Source: Eubacteriales bacterium
Lineage (GTDB): Bacteria; Bacillota; Clostridia; Oscillospirales; QAKW01
NCBI GenBank assembly: GCA_045545315.1
Contig: JAZQAR010000071.1
Location: forward strand, 1-49,126
DNA length: 49,126 nucleotides
Reading direction: 5' to 3'
This document shows, piece by piece, positions 9,094 to 18,994 of the stretch (position 1 is the stretch's first letter; each line of letters starts with the position of its first letter). Under the pieces are notes generated by a model. The model was not told where the DNA came from. It saw nothing but the letters and a program-made list of their open reading frames with translations, and did no database searches. A program made the translations under genes and the position numbers.

Positions 9094-9915
9094 ATGATAT
9101 TTTTGATTTTAGCCATCATCAGTAGTGCGCTGATCTCGGTGCTGATGCGGTTCAGCTCCGATAAGGTACAGGGGCAGCTTGGGATGCTGGCCATGAATTA
9201 TGCCGCCTGCGTGGTGCTGGCGACGGGCTACTTACTATTGGGGAGCGGGAGCCTTCCCGGCGGGCGCACCCTGGCCTTGGGAAGCCTGAACGGGGTGCTC
9301 TATCTGGGGAGTTTTATGCTGTTCCAGGGGAACGTCCGAAAAAACGGTGTGGTGCTTTCCGCCATCTTTATGAAGCTGGGGCTGATGGTGCCTATGGTGC
9401 TTTCCATCGCCCTCTTCGGCGAGATGCCCGGCTGGCTGCAAGCCATCGGCTTTGTGCTGGCGGTGGTTGCCATCCTGCTGATCAACTTTGAAAAGGGCAG
9501 CGGCAGTCTGGGCCCGGGGCTGATCCTTTTGCTGTTGGCGGGCGGTGCCGCCGACGGTATGAGTAAGGTCTTTGAGGAATGGGGCGACCCCGGACAGGGG
9601 GATCCCTTTTTGCTCTATACCTTCGGGGTGGCGCTGATCCTTTGTCTGGCTCTGACCCTTTGGAAAAGGGAACATCTCGGAAAACGGGAGGTACTGTATG
9701 GCCTTTTGCTGGGGGTCCCCAACTTCTTTTCGGCAAAATTCTTGCTGGCCTCTTTGAAAACTGTGCCGGCGGTGGTGGCCTACCCCACCTTCAGCGTGGG
9801 CACCATCCTGACGGTGACCCTGGTGGGGGTGCTGTTCTTTAAGGAACGGCTGAAGCCCCGCCAATGGATCGGGGTGGCAGTCATTTTGGTGGCCTTGCTT
9901 TTGTTAAACGTATAA
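9094..9915 (+). CDS. EamA/DMT-family transporter
   Basis: About 10 TM with a twofold internal repeat; LFFKERL..RQWIG C-terminus. Confidence 0.85.
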   Translation: MIFLILAIISSALISVLMRFSSDKVQGQLGMLAMNYAACVVLATGYLLLGSGSLPGGRTLALGSLNGVLYLGSFMLFQGNVRKNGVVLSAIFMKLGLMVPMVLSIALFGEMPGWLQAIGFVLAVVAILLINFEKGSGSLGPGLILLLLAGGAADGMSKVFEEWGDPGQGDPFLLYTFGVALILCLALTLWKREHLGKREVLYGLLLGVPNFFSAKFLLASLKTVPAVVAYPTFSVGTILTVTLVGVLFFKERLKPRQWIGVAVILVALLLLNV

Positions 9916-9947
9916 AAAAGTTCCTTACGTTCAGTAAGGAACTTTTT
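9915..9947. terminator. Bidirectional terminator
   Basis: AAAAAGTTCCTTAC-GTTCA-GTAAGGAACTTTTT. Confidence 0.75.
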
Positions 9948-9948
9948 G

Positions 9949-10104
9949 TTATTTATGCTTGTCGCTACAGCAGCTGCACTTGCCGGAGCAGGAGCCTTCG
10001 GGGCAACCGATGCATTTTTTACCGCTCTTTTTTGCCTTAATAATATAGGCAACGGCGCCTGCTACGATCAGGAGCAAAATACCGATAATAATATAGTTTT
10101 CCAT
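9949..10104 (-). CDS. FeoB-associated Cys-rich small membrane protein (51 aa; below the ORF-track cutoff)
   Basis: Manual translation MENYIIIGILLLIVAGAVAYIIKAKKSGKKCIGCPEGSCSGKCSCCSDKHK*, starting 6 nt after the feoB stop. Confidence 0.85.
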   Translation of the reverse strand: MENYIIIGILLLIVAGAVAYIIKAKKSGKKCIGCPEGSCSGKCSCCSDKHK

Positions 10105-10110
10105 CGTTCA

Positions 10111-12120
10111 TTAAACCTTTGCAGTTTCTTTTTTCTCTGCGGCGGCTTGCTTTTCATTATGGATCGCAATCAGCGTGATGATAGCAACCATCAAAGCAAT
10201 CACCATTAAGCCGATCAAGGCGGCGGGCACGTTCAGGGTGGCGGGGGCAGTGATCAGGGTACCGATGGTGTAAACCAGGTAACCGACGGTAAAGCCGATC
10301 CCCATCTGCAGGCCGATCCCGCCCCAAAGCCACTTGGCGCTCTTCATTTCGGCGTTCATAGCGCCGATGGCGGCGAAGCAGGGAGGCGTGAACAGATTGA
10401 ACATCAGATAAGCCAGGGCGGCCACCTTGGTGATGGCGAAGGCACCGGCAACCTCGGCACCGGCACCCTCCATCAGGGCCAGTTCTTCGGTATCGATCAG
10501 GTTCTCAAGCCCCACGAAGCATACGGCCAGAGTACCAACCACGTTTTCCTTGGCGATAAAGCCGGTGACGGCGGCGGCAGCCATCTGCCAGGATACCACG
10601 CCGATCACGGGTACCAGCAGGTATGCGATGGGGCCGGCGATGGAGGCCAGGATGGAATCTCCGGCGGACTCGGCGGGGGTAAAGCGCCAGGTAAAGCTCT
10701 GCATGATCTGAACCACGGTGTTACACAGCAGGATGATGGTACCGGCCTTTACGATATAGGCCCAACCACGGGAGCACATAGACTTGCAAGCACCCCACAG
10801 GCTGGGGATCTTGTATTCGGGCAGCTCCAGAATAAAGAAGGATTTTTTATGCTTATAGCCGGTGATCCAGTTGATCAGCAAAGCGCCGAAGAAGATGATC
10901 ACGATACCGGCAAAATACATCAGGGTACCCACCCAGGAGGCATCGCCGAAGAAGGCCCCTGCAAAGAGGGCGATGACGGGCAGCTTTGCGCCGCAGGGCA
11001 TAAAGGGTGCCAGCATAGCGGTGGCTCGGCGCTCCCGCTCGTTGCGGATGGTGCGGCAGGCCATAACGCCGGGAATGGCACAGCCGGTGCCGATCACAAA
11101 GGGGATCACGGACTTACCGGAAAGCCCCACCTTCTTAAAGATGGGATCCAATACCACGGCGGCTCTTGCCATATAACCGCAGTCCTCCAGCAGAGCGATC
11201 AGGAAGTACATCACCATCACCAGGGGCAAAAAGCCTACAACGGCACCCACACCGCCGATGACACCGTCCACCAGCAGGGCAGAGAGCAGGGGGTTGGCAT
11301 TTTCCAGTAACCCGCCCACCCAGGCCTGGAAGGCTTCGATCCAGCCCACCAGAGCGTCGGCGATCCAGGGGCCAACCCAGGCCTGGCTGATCTGGAACAC
11401 CAGGAACATCACCACGGCGAAGATGGGGATCCCCACCCATTTGTTGGTGATCACGGCATCGAAAGCATCCTGAGAATTGCGCTGGTTGGTGCGGATTTTG
11501 CGGGTCTCCACTTTGGCAACCAGGCCGTTTACGTATTTGAACCGTTTTCTGTCGGCTGCTTCCACAGCCGCTTTATCGGTCAGGTCGATCTCACCTTGCA
11601 CGTAAGGCGCAGTTTGGCTCTTTCCGGCCAATGCAACGGCGGCGGCCACCACGTCTTTCAGCCCATCGTGGCCCATACCGGCAGAAACGGTTTCAATCAC
11701 CGGGCATCCCAACTCTTTGGAAAGGGCCTTTGCATCAATTTTCGTTTCCTTTTTGGCGTTGATATCGCTTTTGTTCAAAGCAACCACCACCGGGATCCCC
11801 AACTCCAAAAGTTGAGTGGTAAAGAATAAGCTTCTGCTCAGGTTGGTGGCATCTACGATATTAACAATGGCATCGGGATTTTCATTTTTAACGTAAGTGC
11901 TGGTGATACTCTCTTCCGAGGTAAAGGGGCTCATGGAATAGGCACCGGGAAGGTCAACGGCTAAAAGTTCTTCGCCGTTGGTATAGGCCTTTTTGATAAA
12001 AGCCTCTTTTTTGTCCACGGTAACCCCTGCCCAGTTGCCGACCTTTTCGTTCCGACCGGTCAGGGCGTTGTACATGGTGGTCTTACCGCTGTTCGGATTG
12101 CCCGCAAAAGCAATTCTCAT
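10111..12120 (-). CDS. feoB: Ferrous iron transporter FeoB
   Basis: GNPNSGKT, NWAGVTV, DLPG and NKSD GTPase motifs plus Gate motifs (PFMPCGAKLP, FTPPC). Confidence 0.96.
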   Translation of the reverse strand: MRIAFAGNPNSGKTTMYNALTGRNEKVGNWAGVTVDKKEAFIKKAYTNGEELLAVDLPGAYSMSPFTSEESITSTYVKNENPDAIVNIVDATNLSRSLFFTTQLLELGIPVVVALNKSDINAKKETKIDAKALSKELGCPVIETVSAGMGHDGLKDVVAAAVALAGKSQTAPYVQGEIDLTDKAAVEAADRKRFKYVNGLVAKVETRKIRTNQRNSQDAFDAVITNKWVGIPIFAVVMFLVFQISQAWVGPWIADALVGWIEAFQAWVGGLLENANPLLSALLVDGVIGGVGAVVGFLPLVMVMYFLIALLEDCGYMARAAVVLDPIFKKVGLSGKSVIPFVIGTGCAIPGVMACRTIRNERERRATAMLAPFMPCGAKLPVIALFAGAFFGDASWVGTLMYFAGIVIIFFGALLINWITGYKHKKSFFILELPEYKIPSLWGACKSMCSRGWAYIVKAGTIILLCNTVVQIMQSFTWRFTPAESAGDSILASIAGPIAYLLVPVIGVVSWQMAAAAVTGFIAKENVVGTLAVCFVGLENLIDTEELALMEGAGAEVAGAFAITKVAALAYLMFNLFTPPCFAAIGAMNAEMKSAKWLWGGIGLQMGIGFTVGYLVYTIGTLITAPATLNVPAALIGLMVIALMVAIITLIAIHNEKQAAAEKKETAKV

Positions 12121-12170
12121 GGTTTTTTCCTCCTGCATTTATATGTTCAAAATTTAAAACGGATGTTATT

Positions 12171-12190
12171 TGGTTAGTCTATGCTAACTA
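12171..12190. promoter_or_regulatory. DtxR/MntR-like palindromic metal-regulator box (upstream of feoB)
   Basis: tGGTTAG-tctatg-CTAACta; similar copy upstream of feoA. Confidence 0.55.
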
Positions 12191-12234
12191 TCAGAGATAA
12201 AGAAACAGCTGCGCCGGGGACCATTTTCAAAAAA

Positions 12235-12447
12235 TCAGATGATAATGGCTTCAGCCAGCTGGGTATCGATATTGTAGCGTGCATCCTTAATGGAGACCAC
12301 ACAGCCACCCTTCAGGTGAGAGATTACGGTGATGGGCTCGCCGCTGTAGCAACCAAGAGAAAACAAAAAAGCATCCAGCTCTTCATCGTCGGTGACGATC
12401 TCTTGGATGATATATTCCTTTCCTTCTTCTGCTTGTGCTAAATTCAT
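12235..12447 (-). CDS. feoA: Ferrous iron transport protein FeoA
   Basis: 70 aa; FLFSLGCYSGEPITVI...IKDARYNID; directly upstream of feoB. Confidence 0.92.
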   Translation of the reverse strand: MNLAQAEEGKEYIIQEIVTDDEELDAFLFSLGCYSGEPITVISHLKGGCVVSIKDARYNIDTQLAEAIII

Positions 12448-12462
12448 GATACTCGTTCCTTT

Positions 12463-12482
12463 CGGTTATCCTATGCTAACCA
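12463..12482. promoter_or_regulatory. DtxR/MntR-like palindromic box (upstream of feoA)
   Basis: cGGTTAT-cctatg-CTAACCa; 16/20 identical to the 12171 copy. Confidence 0.55.
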
Positions 12483-12538
12483 TAGATAATATAGCACCGC
12501 ACCCAGAATTTGTCAAGCAAAAATTGAAAGTTTTTTCA

Positions 12539-12576
12539 AAAAAATGCGCAGAGATTTTTTCTCTGCGCATTTTTTT
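12539..12576 (-). terminator. Intrinsic terminator after SLH gene
   Basis: AAAATGCGCAGAG...CTCTGCGCATTTT hairpin. Confidence 0.75.
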
Positions 12577-14434
12577 ACGGTAGGTTAAAGGTGGCGGGCT
12601 TTTGCCCCTTGCCGTTATTGGCCCAATCGCCGCCAACGCCGCTGGTGATCATCCAGAAGCGGTCGTTGCGGGCGCCATAGGCATAGCTACCCTCGTATTC
12701 GGTGATGATCTCGGTGCCGTTGGCGGATAGATAGATGCTCTTCAGATCCTGCCAACTGTTTGTGTCCATATTGAAAATCTGTACGTTCCGGATCTCCATG
12801 GAGCGAACCTGCCCGGCATATTGGGGAAGATAATTTTCCAAAAAGACGGCAACGGAGCCCTTGAAAAAGGTTCCCTTCATCAAGGTATCGTAGGTGCAGA
12901 TCTTGGTCCAGGCCATGGTCTCAAGGTCACAGAACCACTGGGTGATCAGAGTGTTGCCGGTGGCGGGGTCGGTGGTGCATTGCAGCAGCATTCTGTACCA
13001 ATGGGATTCTTCCCAGGGATAATGGGAGGTATATCTTGCACCGGTGCCCTCCCCGCCGAATTCATCGGCGCTGGTGGAGGTGGGATAAACGATCTTCGGC
13101 CGGAGCTTAACGGGGTTCCCTGCCCGATCCTTTACGTCGATATCCCAGAAGGAGAAGATCGAGCGCTCCTCGGCCCCGGTCACGGTGGTATTTTGCAACC
13201 CGCCGTAGGAAAGGGCGTAGTCGGGCACGTTGGTGTAGGTGCTTTTCAGGTTACTTGTATCCAGGAACCATTGACCCAGGCAGCAATAGGTCCCCAGGGG
13301 TGCGTGATCCGACTTAAAATCAATGGAATACTGGGTAAAGCGCACCGTATCGCTCTGGGTCAGCCAGCCGGCCAGGTAGGGGGAGCGCAGGTTTTTCGGG
13401 TTTTTATAAGCGGCGATCTCCCCGGGGGTCGGTATGGGAAAAACCGAAGCCCAGAAGGTGCTTTGATCGGCATAAGAAGAATCCATCATCATAAAATTTA
13501 CAGTAGAAACTGCCCGGCCGTCCAGGTAGAAGGAAACCTCGTAAAGGCCGGAGCGGTTAAAGTTTTTCATATGTACGTAATAGATATGGCAAAGGCTTGA
13601 GGCGCCCCCTTGGACGGTGCCGGCCACCCATTCCAGGGGCTGGCCGCCGTTGACGGTAGCGTAAAGGCTGGTGGTGGTCCGTGGTAAGGTGGTGTTGTTT
13701 TTTACGACGAAGGAAAAACTGTAATACTCATTGGCACCCAGCGCCGCCAGATCGCCCCGGGTGCTGTTGGTGTCACGGACGAAGGCCTCGGTTTGCTGGT
13801 TATACACCGCCAGGAAAGGGGTGACGGAAAGGGGCATTTTATAGCGGTACAAAAAGGTAACGATCTGCCCACGGGTGCAGGTGGCGTTGGGCCCGAAACT
13901 GGTGGCGGAAAGGCCGTTGGTGATACCCTGTTCCACCGCCCAAAGAACGGCCTGGGTATAATATTGCCCGGCCAACACGTCTCCGAAGGGATTGGCGGAG
14001 GAAGCGGGTGCGGGGCAACCGGCCGCACGCCACAAAAAGGTCACCACCTGGGCACGGGTACAGCCCAGATTGGGGCTGAAGGTCTTGGCAGAGGTGCCCT
14101 GGGTAATGCCGTAGGAAAGGGCCCATAAAACCGGATCATAAAAATAATCCTTGGCCTTGATATCCCGGAAGGGATTGGCGGCGGAAACGGCGGTGCCGCC
14201 CGCCCGATATAAAAAGGTGACGATCTGACCCCGGGTGCAGGTGGCGTTGGGGCCGAAGCTGGTGGCAGAAAGACCGTTGGTGATGCCGTTATTGTCCGCC
14301 CATTGGATGCTGTCGTAATAATAACTGTTTGCCTTCACGTCGGTGAAGCCGGCGGCGGTGGCGGGGATCAGGCACCCGGCCAAAAGGCAAAGGACCAGAC
14401 AGCAGGAAAGGAAACGAACGTATATTTTCTTCAT
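12575..14434 (-). CDS. Secreted SLH-domain protein with C-terminal DUF3472/DUF5077-like domain
   Basis: Signal peptide; three SLH repeats (FGPNATCTRGQIVTFLYR); C-terminal YGGLQ...IFSFWD...FGGEGTG...FLENY pattern. Confidence 0.75.
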   Translation of the reverse strand: MKKIYVRFLSCCLVLCLLAGCLIPATAAGFTDVKANSYYYDSIQWADNNGITNGLSATSFGPNATCTRGQIVTFLYRAGGTAVSAANPFRDIKAKDYFYDPVLWALSYGITQGTSAKTFSPNLGCTRAQVVTFLWRAAGCPAPASSANPFGDVLAGQYYTQAVLWAVEQGITNGLSATSFGPNATCTRGQIVTFLYRYKMPLSVTPFLAVYNQQTEAFVRDTNSTRGDLAALGANEYYSFSFVVKNNTTLPRTTTSLYATVNGGQPLEWVAGTVQGGASSLCHIYYVHMKNFNRSGLYEVSFYLDGRAVSTVNFMMMDSSYADQSTFWASVFPIPTPGEIAAYKNPKNLRSPYLAGWLTQSDTVRFTQYSIDFKSDHAPLGTYCCLGQWFLDTSNLKSTYTNVPDYALSYGGLQNTTVTGAEERSIFSFWDIDVKDRAGNPVKLRPKIVYPTSTSADEFGGEGTGARYTSHYPWEESHWYRMLLQCTTDPATGNTLITQWFCDLETMAWTKICTYDTLMKGTFFKGSVAVFLENYLPQYAGQVRSMEIRNVQIFNMDTNSWQDLKSIYLSANGTEIITEYEGSYAYGARNDRFWMITSGVGGDWANNGKGQKPATFNLP

Positions 14435-15496
14435 TTATAGTACCTTTTCCAATTCCTTCCCGATGCGCATAGCCATCCGATAAAAGCCCAGGTCGTTGGG
14501 ATGGCATCCGTCCACGGTGCAGCTATCCCAGCATTCCCCGGCGAAAAGCTCGTTGCCGGGTACGAAATAGACGTTTTGATCCCCTTCGGCTTTGGCGGTC
14601 TCATAGGTGGCCTTGACCACCTCCAGCCGATCCAGCCATTGGGGCTTCAAAAGGGAATCCGGGGAGGATACAAAGATAATGGGCAGCTCCGGCTGGGCCT
14701 TGCGCACCGCCCGATACAGGGGCAGGTGGGTGGCCTTCAGGTGGTCGATGTTGGGGGCGTTGTGGTCGTAATCGCAGACAAAGGCCTTCATCTTCAGACT
14801 GGCGATATAGTTGACCATCACCTCTTCGGCTCTGCCGCTGCCGGAAAAGCCCAGGTTGATGTGATCCACGTTGAATTTACGGGTCAAAATCGCCTGATAG
14901 GCGTTGCCGGGGCGGCTGGCACAGCCCCCCTGGGTGATGGAGGAGCCGTAATAAACGACCGGATCCTCGTAGGCATAGGGAGCGGTCGGCTCAATGACTG
15001 CATCCTTTTTCAGGGCGATATAAAGCTCGCTCACAGCATCATAAAGGGGAAAGTTGACGGTGTATTCCGCCATGATTCCGTCGGTAGCCTTGGCGGCGGC
15101 ATAACCCTCCTTTAAATTGACGTCGGTGGGTACGAAGGTATGATAAAAGGTATCGGGTTCGGTCTCGGTTTTGCGGTAAAGATCAAAGCCCGATTGACCG
15201 GTGCGGGGCATATGCTTCATACCGCTCCGGTTTTTCATTACGGCCTTGATGCCGATGAAGGAGGAATTCGTGCGAAAGCGGATCCGTCCGCCGGCGGTGC
15301 AGTAATTCAGGCCGGAAACACCCTGGTTGGTGGCATCGGCCACTGCTTTATCCAGCCGCAGATAGCATTGCTCCTGCTCGTCGTAAAAAACGCCGTAAAG
15401 GGCAAAGGGTGCCTTTTTGGCATCCAGCCAGATCAGATCCGGCTCGGTGATCTCGGCGGGGGTAACAAAATTTTTGTCGATGGCTTCAAGGTTCAT
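14435..15496 (-). CDS. SGNH/GDSL hydrolase
   Basis: YGSSITQG (block I), NLGFSG, DGCHPN (block V). Confidence 0.9.
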   Translation of the reverse strand: MNLEAIDKNFVTPAEITEPDLIWLDAKKAPFALYGVFYDEQEQCYLRLDKAVADATNQGVSGLNYCTAGGRIRFRTNSSFIGIKAVMKNRSGMKHMPRTGQSGFDLYRKTETEPDTFYHTFVPTDVNLKEGYAAAKATDGIMAEYTVNFPLYDAVSELYIALKKDAVIEPTAPYAYEDPVVYYGSSITQGGCASRPGNAYQAILTRKFNVDHINLGFSGSGRAEEVMVNYIASLKMKAFVCDYDHNAPNIDHLKATHLPLYRAVRKAQPELPIIFVSSPDSLLKPQWLDRLEVVKATYETAKAEGDQNVYFVPGNELFAGECWDSCTVDGCHPNDLGFYRMAMRIGKELEKVL

Positions 15497-15619
15497 AAAA
15501 AATACCGTCCTTTCGTTTGATGGCTCTATTATACCCCTCTGAAAAATGAAAGTCAATTTAATGGTTGCAGAAAACCGGGGTTTTATTATATAATAAAAGG
15601 AAGAAAGAAGGTTTTACCT

Positions 15620-16096
15620 ATGACAGTAAAAGCAACCTACCTCTCCCCGGTAGGGCTGTTGACGATTGCCGTGGAGGGCAACGGCCTGATCGGCCTTTGG
15701 ATGGCGGATCAGCGGCACTTTGGGGCGGGTCTGCCGGCGGATGCGGTGGATTGCCCGGGACACCCCCTTTTGGTGAGGATTGCCCAATGGTTGGATCGGT
15801 ATTTTGCCGGGAAACGGCCCTCTATTGCAGAACTACCCCTGACCCCGAAAGGCACCCCTTTTCAGCAGAGGATATGGAAGGCGCTTTGCGAGATCCCCTA
15901 CGGCGAAACGGTCACCTACGGGTCCTTGGCACGCCATTTGGGTACTAAGGGTGTGCAGGCGGTGGGAAGTGCCGTAGGGCGGAACCCCATCGGCATTATC
16001 ATTCCCTGTCATCGGGTAGTGGGGGCCAAAGGGCTCGGCGGCTATGCCGGCGGCCCGGAACGAAAACAGCAACTATTAAATTTGGAACGAGGATAA
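15620..16096 (+). CDS. ogt: Methylated-DNA--protein-cysteine methyltransferase
   Basis: GTPFQ...IPYGET..Y, AVG.AVGRNP and IPCHRV active site. Confidence 0.95.
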   Translation: MTVKATYLSPVGLLTIAVEGNGLIGLWMADQRHFGAGLPADAVDCPGHPLLVRIAQWLDRYFAGKRPSIAELPLTPKGTPFQQRIWKALCEIPYGETVTYGSLARHLGTKGVQAVGSAVGRNPIGIIIPCHRVVGAKGLGGYAGGPERKQQLLNLERG

Positions 16097-16099
16097 ACC

Positions 16100-17986
16100 A
16101 TGGCTTTTTTACCCATTAACAAAAAAGAAATGGAAGAGCGGGGCTGGGATCGGCCGGATTTCGTGCTGGTCACCGGCGACAGCTACGTGGATCATCCCTC
16201 CTTTGGAACCGCCATCATCAGCCGGGTTTTGGAGGATGCGGGGTATCGGGTCTGCATTTTGCCCCAGCCCAAAAAGGATGGGGATTACCTGCAATTCGGT
16301 GCGCCCCGGCTGGCCTTTTTGGTGAACGGCGGCAATATCGATTCCATGGTGGCCCATTATACCGCCGCCAAAAAGCCCCGCAGTGAGGATGCCTATACCG
16401 CCGGGGGCAAGGCCGGTGGCCGCCCCGACCGGGCGGTGACGGTCTATACCAAAAACCTGCGCCGTCTGTTCGGGGAGGTGCCCATCGCCATCGGCGGGCT
16501 GGAGGCCTCCCTGCGGCGGTTTGCCCACTATGATTATTGGAGCGATCGGGTGCGCCCTTCGGTTTTAATTGAATCCGGTGCCGATCTTTTGATGTACGGT
16601 ATGGGTGAAAAGCACGTGCTGGAGATCGCCCATCGGCTGAACGCCGGGGAGCCGGTCACCGCCCTGACCGATATCCGGGGCACCTGCTATGCCGTTGCAA
16701 CGCGGGATTATACCCCCGGCCCCGCCAAGGAATGCCCTACCTTTGAACTGGTCTCGGAACAGAGCGAACGGGGCAAGCGTGCTTATGCGGACGCCTGCCG
16801 CATTCAACAGCAGGAGCAGGATGCCACCCGGGGAAAAACGGTGATCCAACGCCACGGAGACCGGATTCTGATCCAAAATCCTCCCACGGCACCCTTGACC
16901 ACGGCAGAGATGGACGCAGTCTACGCTCTGCCTTATATGCGCAATTATCATCCCTCCTACGAGGCTCTGGGCGGTGTGCCCGGTATCCAGGAGGTGCAAT
17001 TTTCCATCATCCATAACCGGGGCTGCTACGGGGCTTGTAATTTCTGTTCTCTGGCTTTCCACCAGGGACGGCAGATCAGTTGCCGCAGCCATGAATCGGT
17101 GGTGGAGGAGGCTAAAATTCTGACTCAAATGAAGGGGTTCAAGGGCTATATCCACGACGTGGGCGGTCCCACTGCCAACTTCCGTGCTCCTTCCTGCGAC
17201 AAACAGTTGAAGGCGGGGCTTTGCCCCGATAAAAAATGCCTGGCCCCGGAGCGTTGCCCGGCGGTGAAGGTGGATCATCGGGACTATCTTTCCCTTTTGA
17301 GAAAATTAAGAGCCTTGCCGGGGGTGAAAAAGGTCTTCATCCGTTCCGGGATCCGCTTTGATTACCTGATCGCCGATGAGGACGAAAGTTTCTTTAAGGA
17401 ACTGGTACAGCATCACGTCAGCGGTCAGCTGAAGGTGGCGCCGGAGCATTGCTCCGCCAACGTGCTGAAGCGGATGGGCAAGCCTCCGGTCACGGTATAT
17501 AATCGGTTTAAAAAGCGGTTTTACGAGCTGACCAAGAGCATCGGTAAAAAGCAATATCTGGTGCCTTACCTGATGAGCAGTCATCCGGGCAGTACCATTA
17601 AGGATGCCATTGAACTGGCGTTGTTTCTGAAGGAGGAGGGGCTCCATCCGGAGCAGGTACAGGACTTTTATCCCACCCCGGGCACGGTGTCTACCGCCAT
17701 GTTCTATACCGGGCTGGATCCCTTGACCATGGAGCCGGTCTATGTGCCCCGCACCCCCAAGGAAAAGGCGGAGCAGCGGGCTTTGTTGCAATACTTCCGC
17801 CCGGAAAATCGCCGGATCGTGCTGGAGGCCCTGAAAAAGGCCGGGCGCACCGATCTGATCGGCACCGGCAAGGGCTGTCTGGTGCCCCCGGATCGGGAGA
17901 CGTTGCAGCAAAGAAGAACCCAACAGAACCGCAAGCCTGCGCCCCGCAGAGGGGCAAAATCCAAAAAGACCGGGAGGAAGCGTTAA
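16100..17986 (+). CDS. YgiQ-family (UPF0313) radical SAM protein
   Basis: VTGDSYVDHPSFG, EASLRRFAHYDYW, CYGACNFC, VQDFYPTP motifs. Confidence 0.93.
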   Translation: MAFLPINKKEMEERGWDRPDFVLVTGDSYVDHPSFGTAIISRVLEDAGYRVCILPQPKKDGDYLQFGAPRLAFLVNGGNIDSMVAHYTAAKKPRSEDAYTAGGKAGGRPDRAVTVYTKNLRRLFGEVPIAIGGLEASLRRFAHYDYWSDRVRPSVLIESGADLLMYGMGEKHVLEIAHRLNAGEPVTALTDIRGTCYAVATRDYTPGPAKECPTFELVSEQSERGKRAYADACRIQQQEQDATRGKTVIQRHGDRILIQNPPTAPLTTAEMDAVYALPYMRNYHPSYEALGGVPGIQEVQFSIIHNRGCYGACNFCSLAFHQGRQISCRSHESVVEEAKILTQMKGFKGYIHDVGGPTANFRAPSCDKQLKAGLCPDKKCLAPERCPAVKVDHRDYLSLLRKLRALPGVKKVFIRSGIRFDYLIADEDESFFKELVQHHVSGQLKVAPEHCSANVLKRMGKPPVTVYNRFKKRFYELTKSIGKKQYLVPYLMSSHPGSTIKDAIELALFLKEEGLHPEQVQDFYPTPGTVSTAMFYTGLDPLTMEPVYVPRTPKEKAEQRALLQYFRPENRRIVLEALKKAGRTDLIGTGKGCLVPPDRETLQQRRTQQNRKPAPRRGAKSKKTGRKR

Positions 17987-18994
17987 ATGGCTAAAAATCC
18001 AAGACAATCGGAAAAGCTCCTGCGGTTACAGCAGATCTTTTTGCAGGAGACCGACGGGGAGCATCCCCTGACCATGCAACAGATCATCGAGCGGCTGGAT
18101 TCCTTCGGGATCACCGCCGAGCGCAAAAGCATCTATGAAAATATCGACGTGCTGAACCGCTGTGGATGTGAGATCCTTTCGGAACGAAAGGGCGGGCAGA
18201 CCTATTATTATGCCACCGGCCGTGCCTTTGAGCTTTCGGAACTGCGGCTGTTGGCCGATGCGGTGTCCTCCTCCCGATTTATTACCGAGCGTAAAAGCAA
18301 TCAGCTTTTGGAAAAGATGGGGAGCCTTTGCAGTACCCATCAGGGTGCCCAGCTGAAGCGCCGGTTGCATATCGCCAGCCGGATCAAAAATATGAACGAG
18401 ACCATCCTCTATGCGGTGGACGAGCTATACCGGGCCATGGATGGGAACAAGGCTCTGCGCTTTCGCTATTACGATTGGGGGCTGGAGGGCACCAAGCTGA
18501 AAAAACTACCCCGTCATCAGGGGGCGGAATACCTGGTTTCCCCTTGGCAGCTCCTTTGGCTGGAGGAAAACTATTACCTGGTGGCCTTTGACCATGCCAA
18601 GGGTGAGATCCGTCATTATCGTGTGGATCGAATGGGGGATCTGAAGCTTTGCGAGGAGCCCCGCCAAGGGGAAGCGGAATTCAAGGCACGGCGGGTGGAG
18701 GATTATATCGCCCGGGTGTTTGGGATGTTCGGCGGGGAGCCCTGCCGCATCGCCCTTTCTTTCCCGGAGCGGATGTTGGAAGTGATGGTGGATCGGTTCG
18801 GTAAGGAACTGCAACCCCAGCGGATGGGGGAAGACCGCCTGCAGATCCGGGTGGACGTGGTGCCCAGCCCGCCCTTTTACGGCTGGCTCCTCTCTTTGGG
18901 AGACCAGGTGGTGCTGGAAAGCCCTCGGGAGCTGCGCACCGCCTTTCTGGAAGAAATTGAAAAAGTAAGAGCATTATATAAAGGAGAAGAATAA
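17987..18994 (+). CDS. WYL-domain transcriptional regulator (wHTH-WYL-WCX)
   Basis: N-terminal wHTH (ERKSIYENI); VSPWQL...NYYLVA...RHYRVDRM WYL core. Confidence 0.9.
   Translation: MAKNPRQSEKLLRLQQIFLQETDGEHPLTMQQIIERLDSFGITAERKSIYENIDVLNRCGCEILSERKGGQTYYYATGRAFELSELRLLADAVSSSRFITERKSNQLLEKMGSLCSTHQGAQLKRRLHIASRIKNMNETILYAVDELYRAMDGNKALRFRYYDWGLEGTKLKKLPRHQGAEYLVSPWQLLWLEENYYLVAFDHAKGEIRHYRVDRMGDLKLCEEPRQGEAEFKARRVEDYIARVFGMFGGEPCRIALSFPERMLEVMVDRFGKELQPQRMGEDRLQIRVDVVPSPPFYGWLLSLGDQVVLESPRELRTAFLEEIEKVRALYKGEE

Noticed and set aside
9946-10209. 87-aa plus-strand ORF
   Set aside because: Antisense shadow of the real FeoB-associated peptide and the feoB 3' end.
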